Shown: positions 51,441 through 64,000 of the stretch, piece by piece
Layout of the letters: the number at the start of each line of letters is the position of its first letter
How positions within the stretch are numbered: position 1 is the first letter of the stretch
DNA from: Octopus bimaculoides
Taxonomy: Eukaryota
DNA length: 64,000 bases
Direction of reading: 5' to 3'
Assembly: GCF_001194135.2 (NCBI RefSeq)
Contig: NC_068989.1
Coordinates: 66,207,525 to 66,271,524, forward strand
Translations under genes and position numbers: made by a program
The notes under the pieces: model-generated
What the model saw: only the letters and a program-made list of their open reading frames with translations
Told to the model about the DNA's origin: nothing
Databases searched by the model: none

Positions 51441-52237
51441 TCATTATATATAACAATTATAGTTTATAAATATTATTCGTTATTCAATAATGCTTATAGC
51501 ATTACCGGAAGAGCTACCGGGTATTGTTTAATATAAATTAGAAATTAAGCTAATAAACTTAATGCATAAAATTGATTGAAATTGATCTTTAATCTTCATA
51601 ACGGTCACATTTTATTTTATAATTCAGTCCAACATGAAAGTTAAGGATAAATTTTAATGGAAACATGTGCTTTATGGCTTTCTTATGAAGTAATTTCTAT
51701 ACAACTGAACCCGGTGAAAGCAAATATAATGAAGCCAATCTCAGGGTCATCTAAGTGTGTTATTGGTTCATATTCAATTAATGTCTAACCATTGAAAACT
51801 AAGAGTTGACAGCTACCACTCATTAATGTTCGTAATTTTTTCTTTAGGAACAATATCAGTGTACTATGAGACACGTTGTAATTGAATGAAGAGTTATATG
51901 TGTGTGTGTGTGTGTGTGTGTCTGCATGCATGTGTCTGCATGTATGTATGTATGTGTGCGTGCGTATATTGTAGACACAATTATAAGCCGTCACCGTCTA
52001 TTGACTATATAAAATAGTCTGATGTTAGGGTGCGAATAAATATATATATATATATATAGTCAAAAGATGAAATCCAGAGATTCTCAGTATAGAAGACACT
52101 TAATAGTGCTCAAAATACTCAAACTTAGACTCCGATTCTAACTTATACAGCCACTATATTGACCGTACCGGCAATGCTTCCAGAATTCTAAGACAAAAGA
52201 CCCATAAATTGCAACAATTAGCAGCTAATTAAAGTAA

Positions 52238-52330
52238 TGGTGAATCGGCAGAGTCGTTAGAGCGTCGGACTGCCAGCGCCTTGCAGCATTTATTTCGTCT
52301 TTTGCGTTCTGAGTTCAATACCCAACGGGC
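52238..52330 (+). mobile_element. Family B SINE 5' part, ending at a family A insertion
   Basis: ggtgaatcggcagagtcgttagagcgtcggac...gttctgagttcaa. Confidence 0.6.
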
Positions 52331-52565
52331 ATTTTTACTCTCTTACTTGTTTCAGTCACTTGAGTGTGGCCATGCTGGAGCACCGCTTTTAGTCCAGTAA
52401 ACCGACCCAAGACTTATTCTTTGTAAGCCTAGTACTTATTCTATCGGTCTCTTTTGCCGAACCGCTAAGTTACGGGGACGTAAACACACCAGCATCGGTT
52501 GTCAAGCAATGCTAGGGGGACAAGCACAGACACACAAACATATACACACACAAACATATACACAC

Positions 52566-52597
<32 letters not shown>

Positions 52598-52766
52598 GTA
52601 TATATACATATATACGACGGGCTTCTTTCAGTTCCCGTCTACCAAATCCACTCACAAGGCTTTGGTCGGCCCGAGGCTATAGTAGAAGACACTTGCCCAA
52701 GGTGCCACGCAGTGGGACTGAACCCGGAACCATGTGGTTGGTAGCAACCTACTTACCACACAGCCG
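52331..52766 (-). mobile_element. SINE family A, young full-length copy
   Basis: Near-identical modules to 14064-14461 and 44288-44698. Confidence 0.92.
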
Positions 52767-52929
52767 TGCGTGTGTAGATATTACGTTGACTGATAAATTT
52801 GTTCGTTTCTTTCTAATTTGAATTAACCAAAAAATATTTAAAAAGAAATAACCATGGAGATACGCGCCAGTCCACTAAGAAATTGATCCAGAATTTAGGA
52901 TGCTCTCATGACACTGTTGCCTGCCACTT

Positions 52930-53060
52930 TCACTTGATGGGTAAGCTTCAAGCAACCCAACCGGAAACACAGCGCGACACGACAGCGTTGGCTCTTACGT
53001 CGGCTGGAAAGTTCTGCCACAGCCATTGTATTCTCCTGATATAGCGTCCGCTAAAGATAC
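52930..53060 (+). mobile_element. Small mariner transposase fragment
   Basis: GWKVLPQPLYSPDIASA (cf. GWEVLPHPPYSPDLAPSD), preceded by HDSV (cf. HDNA). Confidence 0.5.
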
Positions 53061-53129
53061 TCAAAAGGTCACAGAAGGGTGTTAAACCGGGTGACAGGTT
53101 GTCCACCCCAAGTAATCTTTGGCATTGTT

Positions 53130-53355
53130 TGAACTCAGGACACAAAGAGCTGGAACAAATTCCCTAAGGCATTCTACCTCGAGGCTCTACCGATTCCACC
53201 ATTTCACCTCCCTGGACTGGTGCTCTATAAGTCAATACCAGAAGGAGAAATGTCAAATTTGATTACGTCAGGTTTTGAAATCAAAGCGCAAAAAGCCGAA
53301 ATAAATATTGCAAAGTGTCGGCAGTCCGACGCTCAAACGACTCTACTAATTCACC
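53130..53355 (-). mobile_element. Old family B SINE fragments
   Basis: tttgaactcag..; gtccgacgctcaaacgactctactaattcacc. Confidence 0.45.
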
Positions 53356-53814
53356 ATTGTTTTCATTAGTTGCTAATTGTTGTAATTTATGGTTTGTATG
53401 GCTTAGAATTCTGGAAGCATTCCAGGCACGGTCAGTGTATTGGCTGTACTTTAGTTTGAAATACTGTTTATGAAAGTGAAACCAAAAGAGAATTTACGTT
53501 GTAATGCAAATTGTTATTCACAAGCCAACAAGGTGACCTGGATGCAATTTGCCCGCAAGCTAGAAATAGTAACCATTTTTTTTTCTTTTTCAAATCACAC
53601 CCTATCGTCTTGAAAATTAAAAAAAGACATTGAAATCAAATAGTTATAGATTGCATAATCAATAGCTGGAAAACCTTTGATCGCAGATTTATTTTGAGAA
53701 AGGTTGCATTAGGCCAAACAACAGGAACAAAAGCTCGTCATTTCGCAGTTGGTTCAAACATTTGTCCACTCGCTTGACTTGAAAGATAATACTGTTCAAT
53801 TTTATAAAGTGATA

Positions 53815-53985
53815 CCAGCATTTCGTACATCTTCACATTTTGAGTTTAAATTCCACCGAGGTCGACTTTGCTTTTCATCCTTTCGGAGTTGATAAATTAA
53901 GTACCAGTTGAATACTGGGTCGATGTAATCGAATTACCCCCTCCCCTGAACTTGCTGTTCTTGTGCCAAAATTTGAAACCAGCAT
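53815..53985 (+). mobile_element. SINE family B, 5'-truncated
   Basis: ttaaattccaccgaggtcgactttgcttttcatcctttcggagttgataaattaagtaccag..gaacttgctgttcttgtgccaaaatttgaaacc. Confidence 0.85.
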
Positions 53986-54439
53986 TCTAAACGGATAAAT
54001 TCGGACTGATGTTTTTCTTCATGCATGTTATAGAAACATCATTTCGGCTGTTATTCCATCCGGCCTCCTTCAGTTGCCTGTCCTGTTCAATAATCTTTTC
54101 AGAATCTCGAACCGAAGTATTTATTATCAAAACCATGCGTTAGATTGTTGCTGTTCTGTTGTCCATACCAGGTATATTTTCTACTTGATATTTTCCTGTT
54201 GTTATTCAACTAGAGTAGCAGTATCAAGTGGATCTTCCTCGTTCGATAACGAAGATTAGTTGTTCGATCAACTATATTAATCCTGGATTAGCGTATAAAT
54301 GACAGACCATTTCACAGACACGTCTACCTCTAACGTAATTCTCGGAGAGAATCAACATGTTCAACTGTGGTACAATGCTGTATCTTTTAAATTACATGTA
54401 CGATCTACTAGACGGGCATCTATATACTTTCTGTTCATC

Positions 54440-54560
54440 CAGTTTCACTTACAAGATATAAGTCTAGCCAAGGATACAGTGAAAGGCATTTGCCCAAGAT
54501 GCTACGCCGCAGGATTGAACCTGGAACTTCGTGGCTGCAAAAGGAACTTCTTACCCATTC
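54440..54560 (-). mobile_element. Old family A SINE 5' part
   Basis: aggcatttgcccaagatgctacgc..attgaacctggaac. Confidence 0.55.
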
Positions 54561-54715
54561 AGCTATTCAGTGTATACTGAACCAAAGTGCATGTAGATTA
54601 AGTAACCCAGAAAGCGAATTTGCAAACCCACTGGCTAAACTATAACTGAATACAAGCATTGATTTTCTATCAACAATTAAGTGAAGTAGTTTAGTTCAGT
54701 TTCTGAACCAGTCAA

Positions 54716-54753
<38 letters not shown>

Positions 54754-55475
54754 CGTAAAATAAAGAAGAGTGGAGTTTAAGGTATAACTTGTATTCCATG
54801 GTTTAACACTGTCTCAACAATTTGAGACGGCAATCATGCATCATGTCTATAGTGATAGGTGATAACGAAGATTTGTCATGCATATCATGTAATATATTAC
54901 ACAATAGCACCAGCAGTGGTTTCATCAGAGCCGTTTCAACATAGAATACAGAAAAATTATTTGGCTGCTCACTTACATAAGGTCGTTTCTGTATAAATAT
55001 TGTAGGTAACGCCACGAACTGAATTGATTGCACGAAGATGGCAGTCAGTTGAATGTGATATTATAATTAGCTTGAAATCAATTGATGTAAGGGTGATATA
55101 ATTTGTTCCATTTGATGTACTAATATGGAGACTGATTGGTTGCTTGACCAAAACGACAGACACACTAACTGGAGTTGAGTTAGTACGTTAACGTAGTAGT
55201 TATGCTAATATAGGTAGACATACATACATACAGAAAGACAAGAGAGAGGGGACGAAAGCTACAGTGAAATTGCTGTGATGTATTCATCGTTTCGAAATGA
55301 GTCCTTTCTCACGGTAAAGATCTACCCTGTCCGAAGCGTTTTATACTCTACTCACCAAGCAATTTCGGTGTACGTTTGGTATAATTTTTGCCAAATAATA
55401 AAGCCTTGGCAACGCAACGCAGAACAACATGAGTCTTCCTGGATTTGCCTTATCATTTACATATATATATATATG

Positions 55476-55518
<43 letters not shown>

Positions 55519-55754
55519 TCTGGTCAAATCTACCCGTTAGGATAAAAAATATTCCCGTTCCGAGTTACGAGAATATTTCCGTAAACTATGTTACCGGCTA
55601 AAGGGTACAACGGCCAAACTGCAGTGAATATAAAAACATAGATGGTGACACTAGTCTGACTATATTAGCGTAAAATATGAATAATTCCTCCTTTCACAAA
55701 TTGAGGCAATTTTCTGACTAGTAAGTAAGTACAGTAATTTGAATAAAAGTTTAT

Positions 55755-55885
55755 TCTACTATACACACAAGGCCTGAAAATTTTGATAGGCGAGGTAAGT
55801 CGAATAATTCGACCCCATTGCATATCTAGTAGTTATTTCAACGACTCCGAAAGTATGAAAGGCAAAGTCGACCTCCGCAGAATCT
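55755..55885 (-). mobile_element. Old family B SINE 3' part
   Basis: cacaaggcctgaaaatttt..tcgacccc..tgaaaggcaaagtcgacctc. Confidence 0.65.
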
Positions 55886-56696
55886 AAGCCTTTTCGAAAT
55901 GACAGAAGCAACAGAAGAAACAAGCTATCTCGTTGGCCAGCTGTTTTCTGCGATGAATGATTACTTATTTTCAGTATAGTACTACACGCTTCAAGTTTCC
56001 GTTATTGTGGAAACCGTTATTGTGAATGCCATTTTTGCAGAGCCGTTATTTCGAGGGTTTGCTTTAATGTTTTAGAAAAAAAAATAGGAGTACCTTACGA
56101 TGCACAAAGTTGTGTAATCAAACTAAAATAAGAAATATCTGACAAAACTGGATTATATTTTTTTGTTGTTTGCTGGGTTTTTCATTTTTTTTTTTTTTTT
56201 GTATTCTACGCCATTAATAATGCTGGTTCAATCTGTAATATTCCAGATAAGCAATAAAATACACTTCTAAAGAACCGCCGTTTTCGATTGAAATGTTTAA
56301 TCTTTGAACCGTTTCCATATACACATTAATCCTATTTCCCCATTTGATACTTCCTTTCTCTCTCTCCCTCTCTCTCTCTCTCACCCTCTCTCTTTCTCTC
56401 TCACTCTCACTTTCTTTCTCTCGGCGTCTATTTCTCTATCTCTTCCCACACCTCTCATCACAGTTTATTGCTAATATATCTTAACTGTCAACAAATGCGC
56501 TTCTAAGACATTGATAACAATAACCTCTCATTTGTGCATTTCATTGATAATTTGGCTATTGAGTAAACTGTTAATGGCTGGTGTTCTGTTAATGCAGGAA
56601 ACGTATATATATTTATACATGCACACATGCATACATGTATATATATAATACATGTATGAATATATAGATGCATATGTATATATACATATACAGATG

Positions 56697-56732
<36 letters not shown>

Positions 56733-57075
56733 NNNNNNNNNNNNNNNNNNNNNNNNNNNNNNNNNNNNNNNNNNNNNNNNNNNNNNNNNNNNNNNNNNNN
56801 NNNNNNNNNNNNNNNNNNNNNNNNNNNNNNNNNNNNNNNNNNNNNNNNNNNNNNNNNNNNNNNNNNNNNNNNNNNNNNNNNNNNNNNNNNNNNNNNNNNN
56901 NNNNNNNNNNNNNNNNNNNNNNNNNNNNNNNNNNNNNNNNNNNNNNNNNNNNNNNNNNNNNNNNNNNNNNNNNNNNNNNNNNNNNNNNNNNNNNNNNNNN
57001 NNNNNNNNNNNNNNNNNNNNNNNNNNNNNNNNNNNNNNNNNNNNNNNNNNNNNNNNNNNNNNNNNNNNNNTATAC

Positions 57076-57108
<33 letters not shown>

Positions 57109-57369
57109 TGTATGTATGTATGTATATGCAAGTAGTGTTACATGTCTTGTTTGTCTTTCCGATCTGTCTAACGTAAATGTCATTTGAAAGGAAATGCAAT
57201 ATGTGAAAATAAATTCATTCATACTTATGTCTTCATAAATGAAATACCGATAAACACTTTTTTGCCTTTTCATCAGTAATTTATTCCATTTGTGATAAAT
57301 ACAATGTTCCAAGAAATTATTTATCGCAGACAAAAATGAAAGACAGAAATGGTAAGACTAGCATTATGA

Positions 57370-57545
57370 ACGATAGAGGTGTTAATTTGGTAGATTCTGT
57401 AGAGCATCAACAAAATACTTCTGCAATATTTTTTCCGGTTTTTTATGAATTCAAATCCTACCCGGTTTCAACTTTACATTCATACTCCCGATGGCCAGTA
57501 AAATAAAGTACCATTTTAGAACTTTATTATAATCGACTGTCAATC
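57370..57545 (+). mobile_element. Very old family B SINE
   Basis: gaattcaaatcc..tttcatact..aaaataaagtacca..taatcgact. Confidence 0.4.
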
Positions 57546-58558
57546 TATACAGCATGTATAGATTGACACTGATAGTTCAAATGGCACTCCGGTAGAAATG
57601 TAACTGTAGTCTCATCAATATTGTTAATCTCTAAATATTGTCAACACAACGCACATTAACAAATCATTTTGTCCTTTTTTTTTTTTTTACATTCTTTCTG
57701 GAATAAGACAAATTTACTGTACTCATACATTTACGCTTGCATTGTATGAAAACGTGCATTTAACTGACACCCATTATCATGTTATGAAGCCATGTGGTAT
57801 TTGTATTAACCTTTAAGAACCTAATTTATTTATTTTCATCCTGCAGTAATATATCTTCAACATTGCTTTAAGAATATTCTAATGGACATTCTGTCTAAAT
57901 TCTTATTGAGAAAAAAAAACATAGAATAAACCGTCAGGTGAGATTATGACCTTATAGTTAAAAGGATCATAGTCTATCATTTCTAATGCAATATGACTTT
58001 ACACTCGCGATACGCAAATGCTAGCAACAAAGAACAAAGGAAATGAAATAAGTACCTGGTACAATATTAAAATTCAAGTTATAGCTGACATAAAGTGTTT
58101 GAATAGATTCTATAGTGTTTCAATCATTATTTCCGTGTTCCATGTTAACGTGAAATACCTGCAATGTACTTGATTTAACGGCCAGCATTTGCTGGAGAAT
58201 AAGGTATTATCGTCTTGCATTTGTAAGATATGCCAGTGAAAATAATGTCACTGGTATCTATCTATATATGTAAATATAGATAACTTTCTTTTATTAGCCA
58301 CACAGGGCTGCACACAGAGGGGACAAATACAACTGTAAAGCTTTTCTTTATAAAAAAAAAAAAGGAAAAAGAAAAGGTAAAATAAAAATTAACAAATCCG
58401 ATCAAAAGGGATCGGTAGGGGCCAAAAAAAATTTTTTTAATAAAAAAAATTAAAAAAAGGGTATCGTATATCACAGAAAATGTCAATTGTGTAAAATGGG
58501 GTAACATTAGGTTTATCCACGGAGAGAAAAGCCTACGGAAAAGACCATGGTAATCTCT

Positions 58559-58560
<2 letters not shown>

Positions 58561-58632
<72 letters not shown>

Positions 58633-58634
58633 GA

Positions 58635-58665
<31 letters not shown>
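58561..58665. repeat. (GATA)n-(GACA)n microsatellite
   Basis: Directly visible. Confidence 0.95.
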
Positions 58666-59591
58666 ATAATACATTGCAAAGAAACGTTCTTTTATGGGAC
58701 CGTTGTGAGTAGGAAGTAATGGATCAATCATAATAAGAATGTCAACGACACTGATCCTTCCTCGGGGGTCTCAGGAAGTGGTTAGTAGAAACGACGATGT
58801 AGTCCTTAGACTACTTTCCCTGAATTATTTGTAAGGATGCCCAGAAAGATGCCCTGCATCCTTACATAGAGTCCGTGAAGGTCTCTGGTCTGAGGATGAC
58901 ACAGAATGTTCCTGGTCGGCTAGGTCTGAGGACAACTTCAACGCTTCTACCTACCACTCTCAGAGACCAAGTGTCAAGTGGTGGTGGTGGTGGTTGTGTC
59001 GTTGGTGCTAGTGGGCCACATTTTAGTTTTATTTTACTATCTGAGAACATGTGTAATCTATCTGCACAGTGTTGTCTACACCACTTCGATCACATGGCTT
59101 AGGTCAGCCTGTAATATAGTAAAAGACAATTGCTTAAAGTACCACACAGTGACATCGAACATGGAACGACATTATTGCAAACTGGAAATATTAACTATAC
59201 GGTTATGTCATATGTTACTGGTACTTACCTGCCTAGACAGACAGGAAATTATTTTCGTTGTGGCTATGAAACTGCATTACGGTCGCGGCTTGGCATATAC
59301 GTTCAAGTATGCATATACGAACTAAGCATAACAATGACCTTGTACTGAACATGGAGAGTGAAATGGTAAATTGAGACATTCATGCCTTTCTGATAGCCGT
59401 TTTAAGTTAAATGAAAGCACCTATTTGAAATCAAAGCGGAGCTGCCGGTTCGAATTGTAAGAAGCTTGCTTTCTACTCTATTGCATGGGTCAATATATTT
59501 AGTTATTAGTTCCTTAATATAATATACCTATATCCTTGTTCTGCTCTTCCACACACGATGTTTGAACATTGGATAATTAAAGAAACATAAC

Positions 59592-59810
59592 GCAGCAAGC
59601 TGGTAGAATCGTCAGAGCATCAGACAAAATGCTTAGTAATATGTCTTTCGGCTTTTTACGCTCTGAGGTCAAATGTCGCCAAAGTCGACTTTGCCTTTCA
59701 TCGTTACGGGGTCGATAAAATAAATTATTAGTCAAGTACTAGGGTCGATGTAATAGAGCAAACTCTTCCCCTAGAATTGCTGGTCTCGTGCCAAAAATAG
59801 AAACAATTAA
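59592..59810 (+). mobile_element. SINE family B
   Basis: gcagcaagctggtagaatcgtcagagc..aaagtcgactttgcctttcatcg..ggggtcgataaaataa..aattgctggtctcgtgccaaaa. Confidence 0.85.
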
Positions 59811-60289
59811 GAAAGTATAGCATAAACATTTTATACGCTTTGCTGGACTGTGATGGTCATGAGATTTGACTATCATGTTATATTATCTAAAAATATATTC
59901 AAATAAATCTTCACAGTAAGTACTTCAAAATTATCTTCTAACTGTAATTTAAATGTATCATGGAAACAAATTATTAGTTGCTAAGTAGAAATCAATTTTA
60001 TGGAAACTGAATTGTTGTCTTAGATTAAATAAGCTAATTTATATAATTGATTTTCACTTTTATTCTATTTGTTTTATATCACTTTTTTAATAACTTAGAG
60101 AAGAATGAACAGCACCCGTAAGGTTTTTTTTGTTTTTTTTGCAGGATCTCTGACGCTGGTGAGAGGACGAAACCAAAACTTGTGGATTATCTAAATATCT
60201 AGTCCGAATACTTGCAACATGAGGAGGAGATTTAACTGTGCTCTATCAGGCATGAACAGGAACAAGTAAACTATACCACATCCAATGGC

Positions 60290-60440
60290 TTCCGAACAGT
60301 TTCCATCTAACCAATTTCAATTATAGATCTGGTTTGCATCACCTCTAAACTATAGAAGATACATGTCCAAAATGTCACACAGTAGAATCTAATCCGAAAA
60401 CACATGATAATGAATTGAGCAATTTAACCACACGGCCATA
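60290..60440 (-). mobile_element. Old family A SINE 5' part
   Basis: cagtttccatctaacca..tatagaagatacatgtccaa..ttaaccacacggcca. Confidence 0.55.
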
Positions 60441-61146
60441 AGAGTGGAAGACAATAAACTGAGATAAAATGATTAAATCTTTCCCATTGCAGGGTATTGT
60501 ATTATTTGTTACTGAATGTTGTAGTCACTTCGAAGATGGTGTGTGATCTTGTTTGCATTTCCTAAGCCGACAGCTTTCTCAAATCGAGTTTATTGATTGT
60601 GACAAAGCTTGAGAGTTTAATGTGTTTATATACTACATACAAAAGTTGAATATTAGCTAAGGTTTAGAAAAGCCTCAAGGTACGATGAACAGCAGCTACA
60701 TGTTATAGTTGTATTCTTCAGTTGTACATCGATGTAGAGAGGTCATGTGATTATTGAATTACTACCGGCACTATATTTATTTTGATTGACTCTTGTGCTG
60801 TCGATAATTGCGCTACCGACGAGGAATGATTTGTGTTTGCTAGAGTAAATATTTCGTGCTACAAACCTTCGATCAACAAAAAGTAAATTCGAATTATAAT
60901 AATTAATCTTTATTATAATAATTAATCTCTATTATATTAAGCTGTTTTCAATTAACGTGTTTCAATGATATGCACATCGAAATTGTTTAATCTATTAACT
61001 TGTCTATTTCATCAGTTCCTACACGAAATTAAATATTAATCATTCTTTAAAGCGTTTATATATAAATGGAAATATTTGTTTCACGATTGTATTTTAAAAC
61101 TTGTGATTAACAATTTATATATACATATATATATATNNNNNNNNNN

Positions 61147-61390
61147 TGGCTGAGCACTCCACAGACACGTCTACCCTTAACGTAATTCTCAGGGAGATTC
61201 TGCCTGACACAGAGTGTGACAAGGCTGGCCCTTTGTAATACAGATACTACTCATTTTTGCCAGCTGAGTGGACTGGAGCAGCGTGAAATAAAGTGTCTTG
61301 CGCAAGGACACTACGCGTCACTGGGAATTGAACTCACAACCTTACGATCGTAAACCGAATACCCTAACCACTAAGCCACGCACCTTCACA
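61147..61390 (-). mobile_element. SINE family C, tail type 2
   Basis: Reverse complement ggtgcgtggcttagtggttaggg..gagttcaattccc..ctccagtccactcagctggcaaaaatgagta shares head and core with 28478 but has a different 3' part. Confidence 0.85.
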
Positions 61391-61411
61391 TACATTCACA
61401 CACACACATAC

Positions 61412-61475
<64 letters not shown>

Positions 61476-61538
61476 TCGCCATGATAGATCGATAGCCACT
61501 ACACATTCTTTTTTTCTCTCCTTGTTTCTTTCTGTGTT

Positions 61539-61577
61539 TCTTTCTGTTGAAGAGCGTAGGCTCGAAACGTTAAAGAC
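61539..61577 (+). ncRNA. Minimal type I hammerhead ribozyme remnant (Penelope-like terminal repeat)
   Basis: UCUUU-CUGuUGA-A-GAGC guag GCUC-GAAA-CG-UU-AAAGA: 5-bp stem I, 4-bp stem II, palindromic ACGU stem III; the only core substitution is A6U, plus an extra A after A9. Confidence 0.6.
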
Positions 61578-62193
61578 TTTTTCACTTCCCGAGCGTTATA
61601 CNNNNNNNNNNNNNNNNNNNNNNNNNNNNNNNNNNNNNNNNNNNNNNNNNNNNNNNNNNNNNNNNNNNNNNNNNNNNNNNNNNNNNNNNNNNNNNNNNNN
61701 NNTATATATACACTACATTGTTACCCGTCATATAATGGTTAACTTTGGAAGATCACATTTCCGACAGTGGATACTATCAAGAATATGTCAATACAATAAT
61801 CATCATGCAATTTTCATCAAATTTCTTGGTATCTATACAAATGAATACTAGCTTTCAAAAGACAAATATATGTAAAACTAATTTTAAATTTTCTCATTTG
61901 TATATTCGCAATGAATACGTTATTGTTTTTCTAAATTTTATCAACATTATAGCAATCTCATGCATTGAAAATCTCTCTATGCAAAATTTCATTTAAAAAA
62001 TGTTGTTTATTTTTCAGAACGTTATCATTACCTACTATATGTCTAATTGTGCTCTCATCCTGCACACTAATGTTGACTCTATATATATCTCTTTTACTCT
62101 CTTCTCCCATCTCTCTAAACGAAGGAAAGTGTGACTGGAGAAATCGACCAACCAACTAATATTTATATCGGCTATTATTATATAGAAATATAT

Positions 62194-62400
62194 GGCTGCG
62201 AGCTGGCAGAATCATTAGCACGCCGGGCAAAATGCCTAGTGGCATTTCGTCCGTCTTTATGTTCTAAGTACAAATTCCGCCACAGTCGACTTTCATCCCT
62301 TTCGGGGTAGATAAGGAGAGTACCATCTGGGTACTGAGGTCGATGTAAACGACTTACTCTCTCCCCGAACTTGCTGGCCTTGTAACAAAATTGGATATGA
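62194..62400 (+). mobile_element. SINE family B
   Basis: ggctgcgagctggcagaatcattagcacgccgggcaaaatgcc..ctttcggggtagataa..ccgaacttgctggccttgt. Confidence 0.88.
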
Positions 62401-63057
62401 TTGTTATATAGAAGTTTGGTTTAAATTAATAATTAACACATCCAACCCAACTTGGATGTGTTGTTTATAACACCTTAAACTGCGGTAGACGTCTTGATAA
62501 ATCGTTTCGTGTGGAAGTTGAAGGCTAAAAGACATCGAAATTCTGTTATCGGTTAATGAAATTCCGTAAGTACACTGGCAGAAGGCACTACCGTATCACA
62601 TGGTTTCAACGTATTTTGAGCTTCTAGAATTCAACGGAATCACACTCATTGCCGGTTCCCTGAGCATGTTGTGAGTCAGAAACTATACGCTAACTCTAAA
62701 ACTTTTGAAGAGATAAATACAATTTTGGCAAATGATACTCTCGTATTAGTTAAAATCAGCGTAAAATATCGAAATAGATTTAATGAGTAAGTCTTAAATT
62801 AGTTGCATAGAGTATCAGAAGTTTTCGATTTTGAATTTGTTTTGCATGAATTTTTATCTAAAACCGTGTGTTGAAATTAATAGTTATATTTGAGGAGAGT
62901 CACAGTTGATAAAATCTATAAGCACAATTATTGGTTATTGTTTTTCTGCATTTCACTTCTTTTACTTTTGTCAAAGCAGTTGATGTCTGTTTATGCTCCC
63001 CAAAATATTTTTTAGTGTATCGATCTATATCCTTTCCGATGAGTTTATAATTCGATC

Positions 63058-63315
63058 TGTTGCGGTGAGAGTTACGACGCCCCTTTGCGAGAAACAGACC
63101 GGTGCGAGTAATGTATAAATAGTAATGATCCGAATGAGTTAAGAGTTCGGGGTCGAGTGAAGATCGTGTTAATTTGCAGTGAAGTCGGAATGTGTCGGTT
63201 GGTTAGTTCGCAAAGAATATTGATTGTTCGTTCGTAAAGAGATTTATTTGTTCATTACACCGATTTTACTGTTGTCTGGTTATCTTGTTTATTGTACGTA
63301 ACAAATAACGTTACA
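63058..63315 (+). mobile_element. 5' LTR of a Ty3/Gypsy element
   Basis: TGTTGCG...CGTTACA termini, TATA-like tataaata near 63114, followed by a PBS. The left boundary is tentative. Confidence 0.6.
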
Positions 63316-63320
63316 ATGTC

Positions 63321-63330
63321 TGGCGACGAG
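63321..63330 (+). promoter_or_regulatory. Primer-binding site TGGCGACGAG (complementary to the tRNA-Ser(GCU) 3' end)
   Basis: Lies 5 nt after the LTR ...ACA; complementary to ...CTCGTCGCCA. Confidence 0.8.
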
Positions 63331-63388
63331 TGTTTCGAAGCTAACGTAGGTTATTTAACAATTTGTTCGAGGTACAACTTGTTAAATA

Positions 63389-64000
63389 ATGGAAGATCTA
63401 TTAGCTTCCATAGTACAGTTGCAAAAGCAACAAGAGCAGCAACAGGTGTTGGAGGAGCATCTATTACAGCAACAACTACAACAACAACAATTATTGGAGC
63501 TATATTCAAAGAAGTCCAAAAATAAGGTATGTTCGTTTCCGTCAGACGGCGTTTCAAACTCGATTAACGAATTTAGTTATAGCCCAAAGGAGGGTATAAC
63601 TTTTGCATCGTACTACAGAAGATACAAGAAGATTTTTAAGTAAGATTGCAAATCATGATCAGACGAACAAAAAGTATTATTGCAAAAATTTGCTCCGTTA
63701 GAGCACGAACGTTACTGTAATTTCATATTGCCCAAAAACCCAATGAAATATTTGTTTTAAAAAAACAATAGAATCACTGTCTAACATATTCGGTGAGAAA
63801 ACTTCTAAAGAGAATGATGATTTTTATCACATACGCAGGAAGTCAACAGGTTGTGTGATAGTTTTCAAATCGCGGAACTTACATCTGAGATGTTCAAGTG
63901 TCTTATATTCGTACAAGGCCTTACAGCAAGCAAAGATACAGAACTTCGAGCAAGAATTATCTCTAAATTGGAACAAGCGAACAAAGAGCTATCCTTAAAG
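63389..64000 (+). pseudogene. Degraded gag(-pol) of a Ty3/Gypsy (K02A2.6/Mag-like) LTR retrotransposon, running off the window
   Basis: MEDLLASIVQLQKQQEQQQ..SNSINEFSYSPKEGITFASYYRRY, EHERYCNFILPKNP and FKCLIFVQGLTASKDTELRARIISKLEQ, typical of this gag; stops and frameshifts. Confidence 0.85.

Noticed and set aside
60148-60176. ctgacgctggtgagaggacgaaac resembling a hammerhead
   Set aside because: Stem II and stem I/III pairings cannot be formed.
63389-63643. Poly-Q ORF as a host transcription factor
   Set aside because: It follows an LTR and PBS and continues into Gypsy gag motifs.

Overview
AT-rich, gap-ridden eukaryotic DNA. I infer a cephalopod, probably Octopus, from the SINE families and microsatellite load; this was not checked against a database. 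No host gene can be recognised, so the window is probably intronic or intergenic. Almost all long ORFs in the track are artefacts of microsatellites or N-gaps (19 gaps, mostly next to simple repeats). Recognisable content is transposon debris: (1) three families of tRNA-derived SINEs with about 35 copies, plus one RTE-tailed SINE; (2) RTE-clade LINE relics, including a 5'-truncated RT copy ending in three C2H2 zinc fingers; (3) two 3' ends of an R4/Dong-type non-LTR element, both in (TAA)n tracts; (4) Tc1/mariner elements: a full-length IR/DR Tc1 (DD34E) with a nested SINE, a DD37D/maT relic, mariner relics and a Tc1 5' half; (5) the LTR, PBS and gag start of a Ty3/Gypsy element at the right edge; (6) short repeats with degenerate minimal hammerhead-ribozyme architecture, as in Penelope-like elements, and two fold-back structures. 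The most interesting leads are the triple-zinc-finger LINE, the hammerhead and fold-back remnants, (TAA)n targeting by the Dong-like element, and module swapping among SINEs. No CRISPR, rRNA or true tRNA genes were seen.
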